Shown: positions 33,511 through 42,207 of the stretch, piece by piece
Layout: each line of letters begins with the position of its first letter
How positions within the stretch are numbered: position 1 is the first letter of the stretch
Assembly (NCBI GenBank): GCA_001824435.1
Contig: MHXH01000024.1
Span: 29,501 to 87,601 of the forward strand
Direction of reading: 5' to 3'
Source: Parcubacteria group bacterium RIFCSPLOWO2_01_FULL_48_18
Lineage (GTDB): Bacteria > Patescibacteriota > Minisyncoccia > UBA6257 > WO2-01-48-18
Length of the DNA: 58,101 nucleotides
Position numbers and translations under genes: made by a program
Notes under the pieces: model-generated
Database searches by the model: none
What the model was told of the DNA's origin: nothing
What the model saw: only the letters and a program-made list of their open reading frames with translations

Positions 33511-35439
33511 TTATAACACCTTCCAAGGATCTACAAGTATTTCCCAATCAGCAGGAACCACTTTTAAAACTTCATTGCGTTTTCTTATTTCTTCGGGAGT
33601 CAAAGGTTTTTTGAGACGCAAAATCATTTCGAAGCAGTAAGTATTCTTTTCTTTCGGGATAAAACAAGGAAGGGGAGGGGATACTCGAATATCTAATTCC
33701 AAATTTCTAATTTCTAGTTGAATTTTACTATGAAGAAATTTTGCTTGAGCAAGAGAACGATCCAGAATTCTATCACGGTGCACCAACCGAATGACCTGGC
33801 CGTACGGGGGGTAAAAGAATTTCCTTCTCGCATCAAGTTCTTGCTCGTACGATGTCCGAAGGTCGCTTATCTTTTTTAAGAATTCGCGATCGGGATTATA
33901 CGTCTGTACCGCGAGCTCAGTTGAAAATTCCTTCAGCAATACCAATATGCGCCGCATTTTTTCTTCAATGCGGTAATCCGGAAGATGAAATAGTTGATCG
34001 AAATTTGCCATGACGGCTAAATCGAACTTACCGAAAAGATATTCATATTTAAAAATCAATTCGGTTGCGACGAGGATTGCGCCCTGCTCTTCTTGTACCA
34101 TTTGGTCGAGAATATGTTTTTGGTCTTTCAAGACGGCAGCAGAATCGCTATCCAAACGGAAGGTCGTTGCTTGAGGAAATCTTTCTGTAAGCTCTGACGC
34201 CACCTTCTGGATGCCGGTACCGATATAATCCAGATTGTGGCTTCGGCAATTCGGACAAATATCCGGCGGCTCAGCTTTTTTGCCGCAATGATGGCACCAT
34301 AGTGTCCGTATGTCTTCCGCAACATGATATACAAAGGGCAACTCGCAGCTGTCGCACGAAAAAACCCTGCCGCAATCACGGCACAATACTGCGGTTGCAT
34401 GCCCGCGCCGATTGATGAATACAAGCGCCCTCTTTTTATTTTCAATAATGCGCTTCAGTTTTACGGCTAAAAGATCAGAAACTATTTTCCCCTTGGGGTT
34501 TGTTCGAATATCAATAATATCCAAGGACATTTTTCCGCGTCCTTCTTGTTTTTCTAATTGCATACCGCCATCTTGTATGGCTCCATAGCTTTCCAGGGAA
34601 GGAGTAATACTCGACAGCATCAGACTCGCGCCGGTGTACTGCGCAAGCTTTTCTGCAACGGAAACCGCATGATAATAAGGAGGCACATCTACGCTGTGAT
34701 ACGAGGGGCTATCTTCATGTAACACTACGACCAAACCGATATTCGGTAGGGGAGCGAATAACGCGCTGCGAGCTCCGACTATTATTTCTCCGGAGGATCG
34801 GGTAATCTGCTGATACATTTCAACCCACTTCTTTATACTTACAGATCGGCGGTAAATGATCGGCGACTGTATATCTCGCTTCAGTATATCTGCCCAGATG
34901 TTTATAGTGACCGCCTGAGGTGCCAGCAGAAGTACGTTCTGATCTTTTATAATGGTGTTTCTTATCTTTTCAAGGATCGATTTTTTATCATATCCCCAGA
35001 GCAATACCTTTCTCTCTTGCGTCACTTCTTTCGTCGAACCTGCCGGATCCTGACGGTCATATATCCGGGAGAAATCAAGATTTCTGAAAGAGCGCGATGC
35101 GAAAACCTTCGCAGGCGGAGTTGCCGCGTGGACCACATAACTGATGGGCGAGAAATAATAATCGGATATCCATTTCAGGAAAGACAAATAGTGCGAAGGA
35201 AAAATGGGTGTATCAAAAAGAACGTTTTTTACCGGTTTAAGTTGAAATTCCTGCGTGCGTACCGTTGCTTTGTATTCTTTCAGGGGCCTCGAAGCTATAA
35301 CAATCATGGGCAGTTCGTGATCTCGTATCTCTCCGATCATAACGGCCCCTTGCGGCAACTTAGTTCCGAAAAAATAGCTTAAAACCTGCGGGTGACCGCG
35401 AGGAATTTTCCGTATGGGAATAACGTCAATTATATACAA
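33511..35439 (-). CDS. priA: PriA-like primosomal protein N' lacking canonical Walker A/B motifs
   Basis: It has a PriA-type N-terminal fold signature, the Cys-rich zinc region CRDCGRVFSCDSCELPFVYH...CHHCG...CPNCRSHNL and a C-terminal domain. There is no GxxGxGKT, and DEEH is replaced by LHEDS. The start is TTG. Confidence 0.8.
   Translation of the reverse strand: MYIIDVIPIRKIPRGHPQVLSYFFGTKLPQGAVMIGEIRDHELPMIVIASRPLKEYKATVRTQEFQLKPVKNVLFDTPIFPSHYLSFLKWISDYYFSPISYVVHAATPPAKVFASRSFRNLDFSRIYDRQDPAGSTKEVTQERKVLLWGYDKKSILEKIRNTIIKDQNVLLLAPQAVTINIWADILKRDIQSPIIYRRSVSIKKWVEMYQQITRSSGEIIVGARSALFAPLPNIGLVVVLHEDSPSYHSVDVPPYYHAVSVAEKLAQYTGASLMLSSITPSLESYGAIQDGGMQLEKQEGRGKMSLDIIDIRTNPKGKIVSDLLAVKLKRIIENKKRALVFINRRGHATAVLCRDCGRVFSCDSCELPFVYHVAEDIRTLWCHHCGKKAEPPDICPNCRSHNLDYIGTGIQKVASELTERFPQATTFRLDSDSAAVLKDQKHILDQMVQEEQGAILVATELIFKYEYLFGKFDLAVMANFDQLFHLPDYRIEEKMRRILVLLKEFSTELAVQTYNPDREFLKKISDLRTSYEQELDARRKFFYPPYGQVIRLVHRDRILDRSLAQAKFLHSKIQLEIRNLELDIRVSPPLPCFIPKEKNTYCFEMILRLKKPLTPEEIRKRNEVLKVVPADWEILVDPWKVL
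33687..33721. repeat. five heptamers inside the priA coding sequence
   Basis: GAATATC TAATTCC AAATTTC TAATTTC TAGTTGA, read on the minus strand as ...QLEIRNLELDIR... Confidence 0.7.
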
Positions 35440-35444
35440 CCTGA

Positions 35445-35517
35445 GAATTTAGAATTTAGAATTTAGAATTTAGGAAACGCAGTAATTCCTAAATCCTATA
35501 TTCTAAATTCTAGCTCC
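35445..35517. repeat. two opposed arrays of four heptamers forming a 73-bp imperfect palindrome in the priA/thpR divergent spacer
   Basis: GAATTTA x4 (35445-35472), centre GGAAACGCAGTAATTCC, then TAAATCC TATATTC TAAATTC TAGCTCC (35490-35517). Confidence 0.9.
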
Positions 35518-35534
35518 TATGTTATTATTGTACT

Positions 35535-36086
35535 ATGAAGCGCCTTTTTGTCGCAGTTAATCTGCCACCAGAAATTAAAGACAAAATTGCAAAGGGACTG
35601 CAATTGTTTCAAAAAGGATTGCCGATGGCACGGTTTATTCCTCCAGAAAACTGGCATATCACGTTGGTATTTTTAGGGTATCAAGACGAGGAGTCGGAAA
35701 AACGCATACGTGCCGCCGTTAAAGAAATAGCCGACCGGAACCGACCGGAAAGAATAGCCATCCATGGACTGCAATACGGTCCTCACGGGTCAGCGCCTCG
35801 GATGATCTGGGCAGTGGGAGAAGGCAAACAGCTGGGAAACATAAAAAATGATCTTGAGGATGGATTGGAAAAAAGAGAGGTGTCATTTGAAAGAGAAGGC
35901 CGTCCGCTTCGCATCCATATTACCGTTGCGCGTTTTAAAAATCCTGTGCCGCTGAAATCACTTCCTTCTCTTAACATACCTATCCATGAAACATTTTATG
36001 CCAATGGAATTGATGTAATAGAATCTCGGCTTCAAAGAACCGGAGCCGTTTATACTGTACTCGAACAATACGAATTACGGAAATGA
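35535..36086 (+). CDS. thpR: RNA 2',3'-cyclic phosphodiesterase (2H phosphoesterase, LigT/ThpR)
   Basis: Two HxTx motifs are present: WHITLVFLG and IHITVARF. Confidence 0.88.
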   Translation: MKRLFVAVNLPPEIKDKIAKGLQLFQKGLPMARFIPPENWHITLVFLGYQDEESEKRIRAAVKEIADRNRPERIAIHGLQYGPHGSAPRMIWAVGEGKQLGNIKNDLEDGLEKREVSFEREGRPLRIHITVARFKNPVPLKSLPSLNIPIHETFYANGIDVIESRLQRTGAVYTVLEQYELRK

Positions 36087-36087
36087 A

Positions 36088-36163
36088 CCCCGTTACAACC
36101 CGGACTTCAGTTAGGGGTCGTTCAGACCCTGAAGGGTCTTCCCGTTCAGGGTCTGAAACCCCT
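36088..36163. repeat. CCCCGTTACAACCCGG word followed by a GC-rich ~19-bp hairpin
   Basis: 36088-36103 is the reverse complement of the CCGGGTTGTAAC-GGGG word. The hairpin pairs AGGGGT..TTCAGACCCTGAA (36113-36133) with TTCAGGGTCTGAA.ACCCCT (36145-36163). Confidence 0.8.
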
Positions 36164-36227
36164 CAAGGTCGAATGACAGGCTCGATGAGCTGATCCGTGC
36201 CGGCGCCCCTCTTATAAAAGAGCTATT

Positions 36228-36255
36228 TTGAAATTCACCAAGCAGGCTATATAAT
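36228..36255 (+). promoter_or_regulatory. candidate sigma70-type promoter
   Basis: TTGAAA (36228-36233), 16 nt, TATAAT (36250-36255). The ATG at 36269 is 13 nt after the -10 hexamer and no SD is visible. Confidence 0.5.
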
Positions 36256-36268
36256 AGATAAAACGGGC

Positions 36269-37501
36269 ATGAAGCTAAACATCTTTACCGTTCTAAAAAG
36301 CGTAATTGTCGGAATAGTGATTCTTGCTCTCGGTGGAGGCATTTTTTACGTTGGTTATATTGCCGGCTATCAGGAAAGAGAGATTATCATCGCGGGAGTT
36401 TCTAATCAAGAAAACGGAAGGCCGGCAGATATAGATTTCGGCGTTTTCTGGGAAGCGTGGCAGGTTATTCGACAGAATTATCTCAAATCAGAAGAAGTGG
36501 ATAATCAAACGCTGGTGTACGGCGCAGTCCGGGGATTGGTCAATTCTCTTAAGGATCCTCATTCGAATTTCCTCACTCCCGAAGATGCTAAAAAGTTTAA
36601 TGAAGACGTAAGCGGGGAATTCAGCGGCGTTGGCATGGAAATTGGAATAAAAAACGGCCAATTGAAAGTCATCGCTCCGCTGAAAGACAGTCCTGCAGAG
36701 AAAGCGGGCCTTAAGGCCGGGGATTCTATATTGAAGGTAGACGACGCCTTCACCAATGATTTAAGCGTTGACGAAGCGGTTAAGCTCATTCGCGGCCAAC
36801 GAGGAACTAAGGTAAAACTGTTCATATTCAGAGAAGGCTGGGAAAAATCAGAAGAATTCGTCATTGTACGGGATATCATCACTATTCCGGCGCTGGAATA
36901 CAAACTTATTGAAGGCCGTCTGGCGCACATACAATTATTTAACTTCAATGAGAACATGCCGCTGCTATTCTACAGAGCCGCCGTAGATCTCTTGCTTAAC
37001 AAGCCAAAAGGCATTATACTGGATCTCAGAAATAACCCCGGCGGATTCCTTGAGGTGTCGGTCAATATCGCAGGCTGGTTTTTAGATAAAGGGGTTGTGG
37101 TCACCGAAGAAAAATTCAAATCGGGCGACGCAAACGTATTCCGCGCAAACGGAAACGGCGCACTCAAGCTATTGCCCATGGTCATAATTGTCAATGAGGG
37201 CTCCGCGTCTGCATCAGAAATACTCGCCGGAGCCTTACGCGATCACAGGCACATTCCGCTTATAGGACAAAAAACATTCGGCAAGGGATCGGTGCAAGAG
37301 ATACGAAACCTCAGAGACAACTCCTCAATTAAAATCTCCATTGCGCAATGGCTTACGCCGAATGGAAATCTCATTGAAGGCGCAGGATTGGAACCCGACT
37401 ATAAGGTAGAAATCGGCGACGAAGACGCCAAAAACAAAAAGGACCCACAACTGGAGAAAGCAATAGAGATTTTAAAAGAAATTCTAATCACTAAACAATA
37501 G
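36269..37501 (+). CDS. carboxyl-terminal processing protease (peptidase S41 with PDZ domain)
   Basis: PDZ region GVGMEIG...AEKAGLKAGDSILKVD. The S41 core is LDLRNNPGG...NEGSASASEILAGAL...GQKTFGKGSVQ. Confidence 0.92.
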   Translation: MKLNIFTVLKSVIVGIVILALGGGIFYVGYIAGYQEREIIIAGVSNQENGRPADIDFGVFWEAWQVIRQNYLKSEEVDNQTLVYGAVRGLVNSLKDPHSNFLTPEDAKKFNEDVSGEFSGVGMEIGIKNGQLKVIAPLKDSPAEKAGLKAGDSILKVDDAFTNDLSVDEAVKLIRGQRGTKVKLFIFREGWEKSEEFVIVRDIITIPALEYKLIEGRLAHIQLFNFNENMPLLFYRAAVDLLLNKPKGIILDLRNNPGGFLEVSVNIAGWFLDKGVVVTEEKFKSGDANVFRANGNGALKLLPMVIIVNEGSASASEILAGALRDHRHIPLIGQKTFGKGSVQEIRNLRDNSSIKISIAQWLTPNGNLIEGAGLEPDYKVEIGDEDAKNKKDPQLEKAIEILKEILITKQ

Positions 37502-37502
37502 A

Positions 37503-37952
37503 ATGAAAGTAATCCTCACCCAAGACATCGACAATATCGGTAGACAGTTCGATACCAAAGAGTTAGCCGACGGCTATGTGCGGAATTTTCTTATCCCAAA
37601 AAGGCTGGCGATTGTAGCCACCGAAAGGGCTGCAGCGCGCATCGCGGCAAAAAAAGCAGAGTTGGTAAAAAAAGAACATGCGCTTATTGGAAAACTTAAA
37701 ACGACGACGAAAGAGATTCAAAAAACAGCGCTATCCTTTCCGATGAACGTAAATGAAAAAGGAGAAGTATACGGATCTGTAAATGCCGCCCTCATCATCG
37801 AATCGCTTAAAGAAAAGGGGGTTGTCATACCTAAAGAAACGGTTCAAATGGATAAACCGCTCAAACATCTAGGAGAACATCGTATAACTATAGACTTTGG
37901 AAGAGGGGTAAAAGCCTATCTCAATGTAGTGCTGCGAAAGTCAAAATTTTAA
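37503..37952 (+). CDS. rplI: ribosomal protein L9
   Basis: [36 protein letters not shown] and a two-domain L9 layout. Confidence 0.93.
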   Translation: MKVILTQDIDNIGRQFDTKELADGYVRNFLIPKRLAIVATERAAARIAAKKAELVKKEHALIGKLKTTTKEIQKTALSFPMNVNEKGEVYGSVNAALIIESLKEKGVVIPKETVQMDKPLKHLGEHRITIDFGRGVKAYLNVVLRKSKF

Positions 37953-38227
37953 GGAGCCGACACGATCACCATGCTAACTTTTCTCCTGTTTCCATCAAAG
38001 CGAACTTTTTGTTTTTTAACAAAACGGACAACGCCGTCCCGTAACGCATAGAGCGTATCATCCGCGCCGCGCCTCACATTTCTTCCTTCTATATATTTGG
38101 AACCCCGCTGGCGAACGATAATCTCGCCGGCAAAAACTCTCGTGCCGTCGTCTCTTTTAACGCCGAGCCTCTTTGCACGAGAATCCCGTCCTAATTTTGT
38201 TGAACCCCCGCTTTTAGTATGTGCCAT
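37949..38227 (-). CDS. rpmA: ribosomal protein L27
   Basis: [24 protein letters not shown]...[10 protein letters not shown] use ATG 38227, whereas the track start (GTG 38251) would add 8 residues. Its stop codon overlaps the rplI stop on the opposite strand (TTAA, 37949-37952). Confidence 0.93.
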   Translation of the reverse strand: MAHTKSGGSTKLGRDSRAKRLGVKRDDGTRVFAGEIIVRQRGSKYIEGRNVRRGADDTLYALRDGVVRFVKKQKVRFDGNRRKVSMVIVSAP

Positions 38228-38486
38228 AATTGTTGAAATTTTCGAGCTCACGTTGTAGCGAAGAAAATTTCACTACAATTATGAGCACCCAGTACTTATT
38301 TTACTAATCACGCCGGCGTAATATAGTTAGATTATTTAGACCAACCTTGCTATCATTTTCTTGACGTCACTTGTAAAATAAGTGCTGGGTCGCCATCTAA
38401 ATTTTCGAGCAGGATGCGATGAAAATTTAGCTGAAAATACGAGCATCCCACTCTTTTCTAAAGAAAGAATCAAGAATCCATATATT

Positions 38487-38663
38487 ATGTTATCTTATAT
38501 CAAAAATAAAATCTTGTCAATAAAATTCTGGCTGTTAGAACACGGGAAAACCATCGTGATTGTATTATTAGTTCTTCTCATCAGTTCTTTAAGTTTTGGT
38601 TTAGGTTATCTTATTGCCCGCGATATCGAAACCCGGGCGCCGATTATTATAGAAAAGAATTAA
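38487..38663 (+). CDS. hypothetical small single-pass membrane protein
   Basis: 58 aa from ATG 38487. It has a TM segment (TIVIVLLVLLISSLSFGLGYLIA). The track ORF starts earlier, at an alternative start with no support. Confidence 0.4.
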   Translation: MLSYIKNKILSIKFWLLEHGKTIVIVLLVLLISSLSFGLGYLIARDIETRAPIIIEKN

Positions 38664-39421
38664 AGATAACCGATCCGTCTTAGCCAATAATCATTTTCCC
38701 ATTCCCATAATACTTTCGCTCCCAAAAAGGCTTTAAAGTCCTGTTGAAAGTAGGGGAATTCTTGGAGCTCGATGTCTCCTTTCAGTTCGCCCCACTGATG
38801 CGCGTCGTCGCTGCATGCAATTGCATGTTTATTAACCCTGATTTTATTTCTTCCGCCTTTCGGCCGCAGCGTCGCCCCACAAACAAGACAAGTATACGCC
38901 TGATCGATCCGTAAAATCCATCGGGTTGAAAGATTTGGCAGTTGAGACCGAAGGGCGCACAAATAAGCGGAAGTTTGCAGATTATAATCCCGGAATATCG
39001 CATACGATGTTTTGATGTCGAGCACGCCGAATTTGCCGTCAATCCACGCGAGGGCATCAATGGTCCCGGCATAGCGATGTTCGTCGCTTTTAACGCGGTG
39101 TTCTACGAACTCCGGATCAACCTGAATCCCGCGATTAAACAAAAATTCTTGAAGCGCGGCAATTGCAGGGGAAATAAGAGGGGACACCTCGGGCCGTTCT
39201 CCTAAAAGAATCTTCTCAACGGTTTCGTGAATAAGCGTTCCTTCGCTGGCCGACTTCTGTTTTATCTCTTCGCCTTCCGCAAAATTTGCAGCCTCGGCAT
39301 AGAAACGATAAAGCGCCGGCTTTGCCTTGATCTCAACGATTTTCGTAACGCGCGGATACCATTGACCCTCAATGTCATACCCGCACATACTTTTAAAATG
39401 TTTCTCGTCCTGGAAATACAT
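38660..39421 (-). CDS. PD-(D/E)XK (RecB/Cas4-like) nuclease-fold protein with an inserted Cys/His cluster
   Basis: GTLIHE, YAGTIDAL...GVLDIKTS (D...D/ExK) and LQTSAY (QxxxY) are present. The insert reads CLVCGATLRPKGGRNKIRVNKHAIACSDDAH. Confidence 0.75.
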   Translation of the reverse strand: MYFQDEKHFKSMCGYDIEGQWYPRVTKIVEIKAKPALYRFYAEAANFAEGEEIKQKSASEGTLIHETVEKILLGERPEVSPLISPAIAALQEFLFNRGIQVDPEFVEHRVKSDEHRYAGTIDALAWIDGKFGVLDIKTSYAIFRDYNLQTSAYLCALRSQLPNLSTRWILRIDQAYTCLVCGATLRPKGGRNKIRVNKHAIACSDDAHQWGELKGDIELQEFPYFQQDFKAFLGAKVLWEWENDYWLRRIGYL

Positions 39422-39599
39422 AACTGTATGGAAAGTATACTCCGTGAGATAACTTCTGTACAGTAAGTAAGACCGTAGTATGCACGCATACCCTACAAGC
39501 TTTCTTTTACTACGCCAAGACTTGAGACATTATCTCATGGGGTATACACGCATATGCAGTTAAAAACAACGTTTAATGCTATAGACGTAAACAGTGCAC

Positions 39600-39629
39600 T
39601 TGATTTCCTAATGATTTGTGTTGTATAAT
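39600..39629 (+). promoter_or_regulatory. sigma70-type promoter
   Basis: TTGATT (39600-39605), 18 nt, TATAAT (39624-39629). Confidence 0.55.
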
Positions 39630-39635
39630 GAATGT

Positions 39636-39774
39636 GTCATCGAGGATGGTCCTCGGTGGCCTGCTCTTTCACAACCGTTCTTAGGCGGAATGACTCCGGA
39701 ATTCGCCGGGGTATGGCCGTCGAAGAGCATTGCTTCCGGCGGGATGAAACAGGCCCGCAGGAGTGGAGGTCGCC
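39636..39774 (+). promoter_or_regulatory. GC-rich structured 5' leader (candidate cis-regulatory RNA)
   Basis: Hairpins are CGAGGA-TGG-TCCTCG (39641-39655), CCGG-AATTCG-CCGG (39696-39709) and GCGGG...CCCGC (39739-39758). ACTCC (39693-39697) is complementary to the GGAGT at 39760-39764, immediately 5' of the GGAGG SD (39765-39769). Confidence 0.45.
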
Positions 39775-40782
39775 GTGAGCGATCAAGGAAACGCTGTTAA
39801 TCGGAAGCTTGATGATGTTGGTCGCGAAGAATTGAAAAGGGGCGTAGATAAACTTGCCGAGGCGGTTCGGAAAACACTTACGTCCGAAAAGAAAAACTCT
39901 TGTTCTCTATGCGTGGTGCCGAATGCATATGTAGGCCCGATTGCTCCATTCTTTGGAATACTAGGTATTCTAACCTTTGGCTTGTTCGGGCTCACGCTTT
40001 TTGTAGAAACGCCAATTAATGAAAGGACTCTCGCGGACATTCTCTTCATACTTTTCTTTGTAGTGATAGGTCTGATTCTATTCGGTTTTTTTGCGTATCG
40101 CAACATTTTCGGAAAGACGTTATGGTACTTCAGAGATACGGAAGGGAATTTTCATATTCACCGAAATAAACCGGAAGTCTCCGGCGATGAATTTGTGGTA
40201 ATTGACAGGGAGCGTGGCCACCGGAGAGTCGCAACCGACGGTAAACCTCTCCTCCAGCGGCGTTTAGGCGGCTGGTTCAGGAAGAATGTTATTCATTGGG
40301 GACCGAACGATGTCTCGTCGAGATGGGCCATCACACACGCATGGGGTTTTGAACCGGTCACCGTCTCCAATCCGACAAGCGGGATTTCTTTCCGGATAAA
40401 AGATATCGAAATTCTTTTTAATCTCGTACATGATTTTCCGATGGGCATCAGAGAACTTTTTGATGTTACCAAAGAAAGGTGTTATGCGATTGGTCAATGG
40501 GGCGAAACGTGCGCGCTTGTTCGCGTGAAAGAAATAACCGAGCGGGACGCCCTTATCGACTATTTCGTTTCTACGATTGTCGTTGCGATTTCCAAAATTA
40601 TGCGGTCTCGTCAAGGCATGGGGGATTCAAAACACGCAAAGCAGATACGGCAGTATCTTGAGGCATGTCTTGAAGATGCGCGAAAAATCCGGAGTTTTGC
40701 TCCGGATGCGGTACGTCTTGAAGAGTTTTTTTCACTATGGGACAAGTTCGAGCAGGATCGGAAACTGACCCTGAAAAACTGA
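39775..40782 (+). CDS. hypothetical membrane protein (two TM segments plus a ~230-aa cytoplasmic domain)
   Basis: GGAGG lies 5 nt upstream of GTG 39775, and the track start GTG 39763 is an alternative. TM segments are IAPFFGILGILTFGLFGLTLFV and ILFILFFVVIGLILFGFFAY. Confidence 0.65.
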   Translation: MSDQGNAVNRKLDDVGREELKRGVDKLAEAVRKTLTSEKKNSCSLCVVPNAYVGPIAPFFGILGILTFGLFGLTLFVETPINERTLADILFILFFVVIGLILFGFFAYRNIFGKTLWYFRDTEGNFHIHRNKPEVSGDEFVVIDRERGHRRVATDGKPLLQRRLGGWFRKNVIHWGPNDVSSRWAITHAWGFEPVTVSNPTSGISFRIKDIEILFNLVHDFPMGIRELFDVTKERCYAIGQWGETCALVRVKEITERDALIDYFVSTIVVAISKIMRSRQGMGDSKHAKQIRQYLEACLEDARKIRSFAPDAVRLEEFFSLWDKFEQDRKLTLKN

Positions 40783-40908
40783 AGCGAAGCAGGATTTTTT
40801 ATCCCGACCGAGATCGGGATTTTGTATTTCTACATATTTTATGCATTGCGGTGAATTCCTCGATGGAGTATAGTTTCTTTAGGTCATTAACTGGCTTATA
40901 CTTAAACG

Positions 40909-42003
40909 GTGCACATGAAGAAGACAGCAAGAATCCTTTATACCGCCCCGGAACAAGACGCTACTATCTATTGGGCGAGCGGTTTTTGGACAACCGACCC
41001 TTTTCTGTATATCGAAACTCCGGCAGGGGAGCGCTTGATCTATATAAGCGGTTTTGAGTATGAACGGGCGAGAAAGGAAGCAAACGACGGCATAACAGTC
41101 CTGCAGTTTGGAAAAGGCGATACCATAAGAGGAATTTTTCGGAAACACGGGATTAAAAGAATCTCGGTATCGAATAATTTTCCTATACGACTGTACAATA
41201 AACTGAAAAGGTCGGGGTTTAAGGTAGAAATTGAAGACTTTTTATTCCCCGAACGGAAAATAAAAACATCACGAGAAATTACCGAAATTCGAACGGTTCA
41301 GCGCGCAGCAGAAAAAGCGCTCGAACGCGCCATAGAAATAATCAGAAAATCGGAAATAGGGCAAAGCGGTTATGTTTACTACGAACGTAAACCGCTTACT
41401 TCAGAAATTTTAAGGGGTGCCATTCAACGCGGACTTCTTGACTATGACTGTGCCGTTCCTCAAGGAATAATCGCATCCAGCGGAAAAGATTCCGCCGAAC
41501 CTCATAACATCGGTAAGGGCCGGGTAAGGGCTTATACGCCTATCGTGCTCGATGTTTTCCCGCGCTCCCAGATAAGCCACTACTGGGGCGACCTCACGCG
41601 TACGGTTGTAAAAGGAAAAGCCCCGGAACGGGTAAAACAGATGTATGACGCAGTCTATCTCGCGCAATCCTTCGCTCTTCGGGGTATTAAAGCAGGAGGC
41701 GATTTTTTGAAGCTCAACGAAGAAGTGCGAAAATTCATGGCCGACCGGGGATTTGAAAATAATGTCGTAGGCGGCGTCGAAGCCGGTTTCATTCATTCAT
41801 TGGGGCATCGTCTAGGTCTTGATATTCATGAAGGGCCGAATTTTTCAAAGGATCCAATACTGCAAGAAGGGGAGGTAGTAACCGTAGAGCCGGGACTTTA
41901 TTATCCGAATATCGGGGGCGTACGCATAGAAGATGTCGTTTCGGTGACTAAAAACGGCTGCAAGAATTTAACCAGAATTTCCAAACAACTATTAGAATTG
42001 TAG
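40909..42003 (+). CDS. M24-family Xaa-Pro aminopeptidase/dipeptidase
   Basis: DVFP...HYWGDLTRT, HSLGHRLGLDIHEGP and VTVEPGLYYPNIGGVRIEDVV are present. An alternative start is ATG 40915. Confidence 0.9.
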   Translation: MHMKKTARILYTAPEQDATIYWASGFWTTDPFLYIETPAGERLIYISGFEYERARKEANDGITVLQFGKGDTIRGIFRKHGIKRISVSNNFPIRLYNKLKRSGFKVEIEDFLFPERKIKTSREITEIRTVQRAAEKALERAIEIIRKSEIGQSGYVYYERKPLTSEILRGAIQRGLLDYDCAVPQGIIASSGKDSAEPHNIGKGRVRAYTPIVLDVFPRSQISHYWGDLTRTVVKGKAPERVKQMYDAVYLAQSFALRGIKAGGDFLKLNEEVRKFMADRGFENNVVGGVEAGFIHSLGHRLGLDIHEGPNFSKDPILQEGEVVTVEPGLYYPNIGGVRIEDVVSVTKNGCKNLTRISKQLLEL

Positions 42004-42018
42004 GGTAAAACAGGTTAT

Positions 42019-42048
42019 GGCTATCCGCTCAAGGGGATAGCCGTTTTT
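42019..42048 (+). terminator. rho-independent terminator
   Basis: GGCTATCC (42019-42026) / GGATAGCC (42035-42042), then GTTTTT. Confidence 0.75.
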
Positions 42049-42207
42049 CTATTCTGGGCGTGTCGCAAAATGTAGGTTTTGCGACATATATATCTTCACG
42101 TAAGAAACTCAACGCTTCTTTTTTGATCCATAAATAAGAAGACCGGCCTGCTGCTCGCGCCGGACCCTCCCCTAAATTCAGAACGAACATAGAAATTTGG
42201 TCATTGC

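Noticed and set aside
35445-35517. Heptamer arrays as a CRISPR array or degenerate CRISPR
   Set aside because: The units are 7 nt with no spacers, and no cas genes are in the window. They are simple tandem repeats.
39636-39774. Assignment of the GC-rich leader to a named riboswitch class (ykkC/guanidine-I-like words, or fluoride crcB-like GATGG...AACCG...ATGA..CC)
   Set aside because: Only scattered word matches exist, with insertions where the consensus is tight. The downstream gene is not of a type known to be controlled by either class. It is kept only as an unclassified structured leader.
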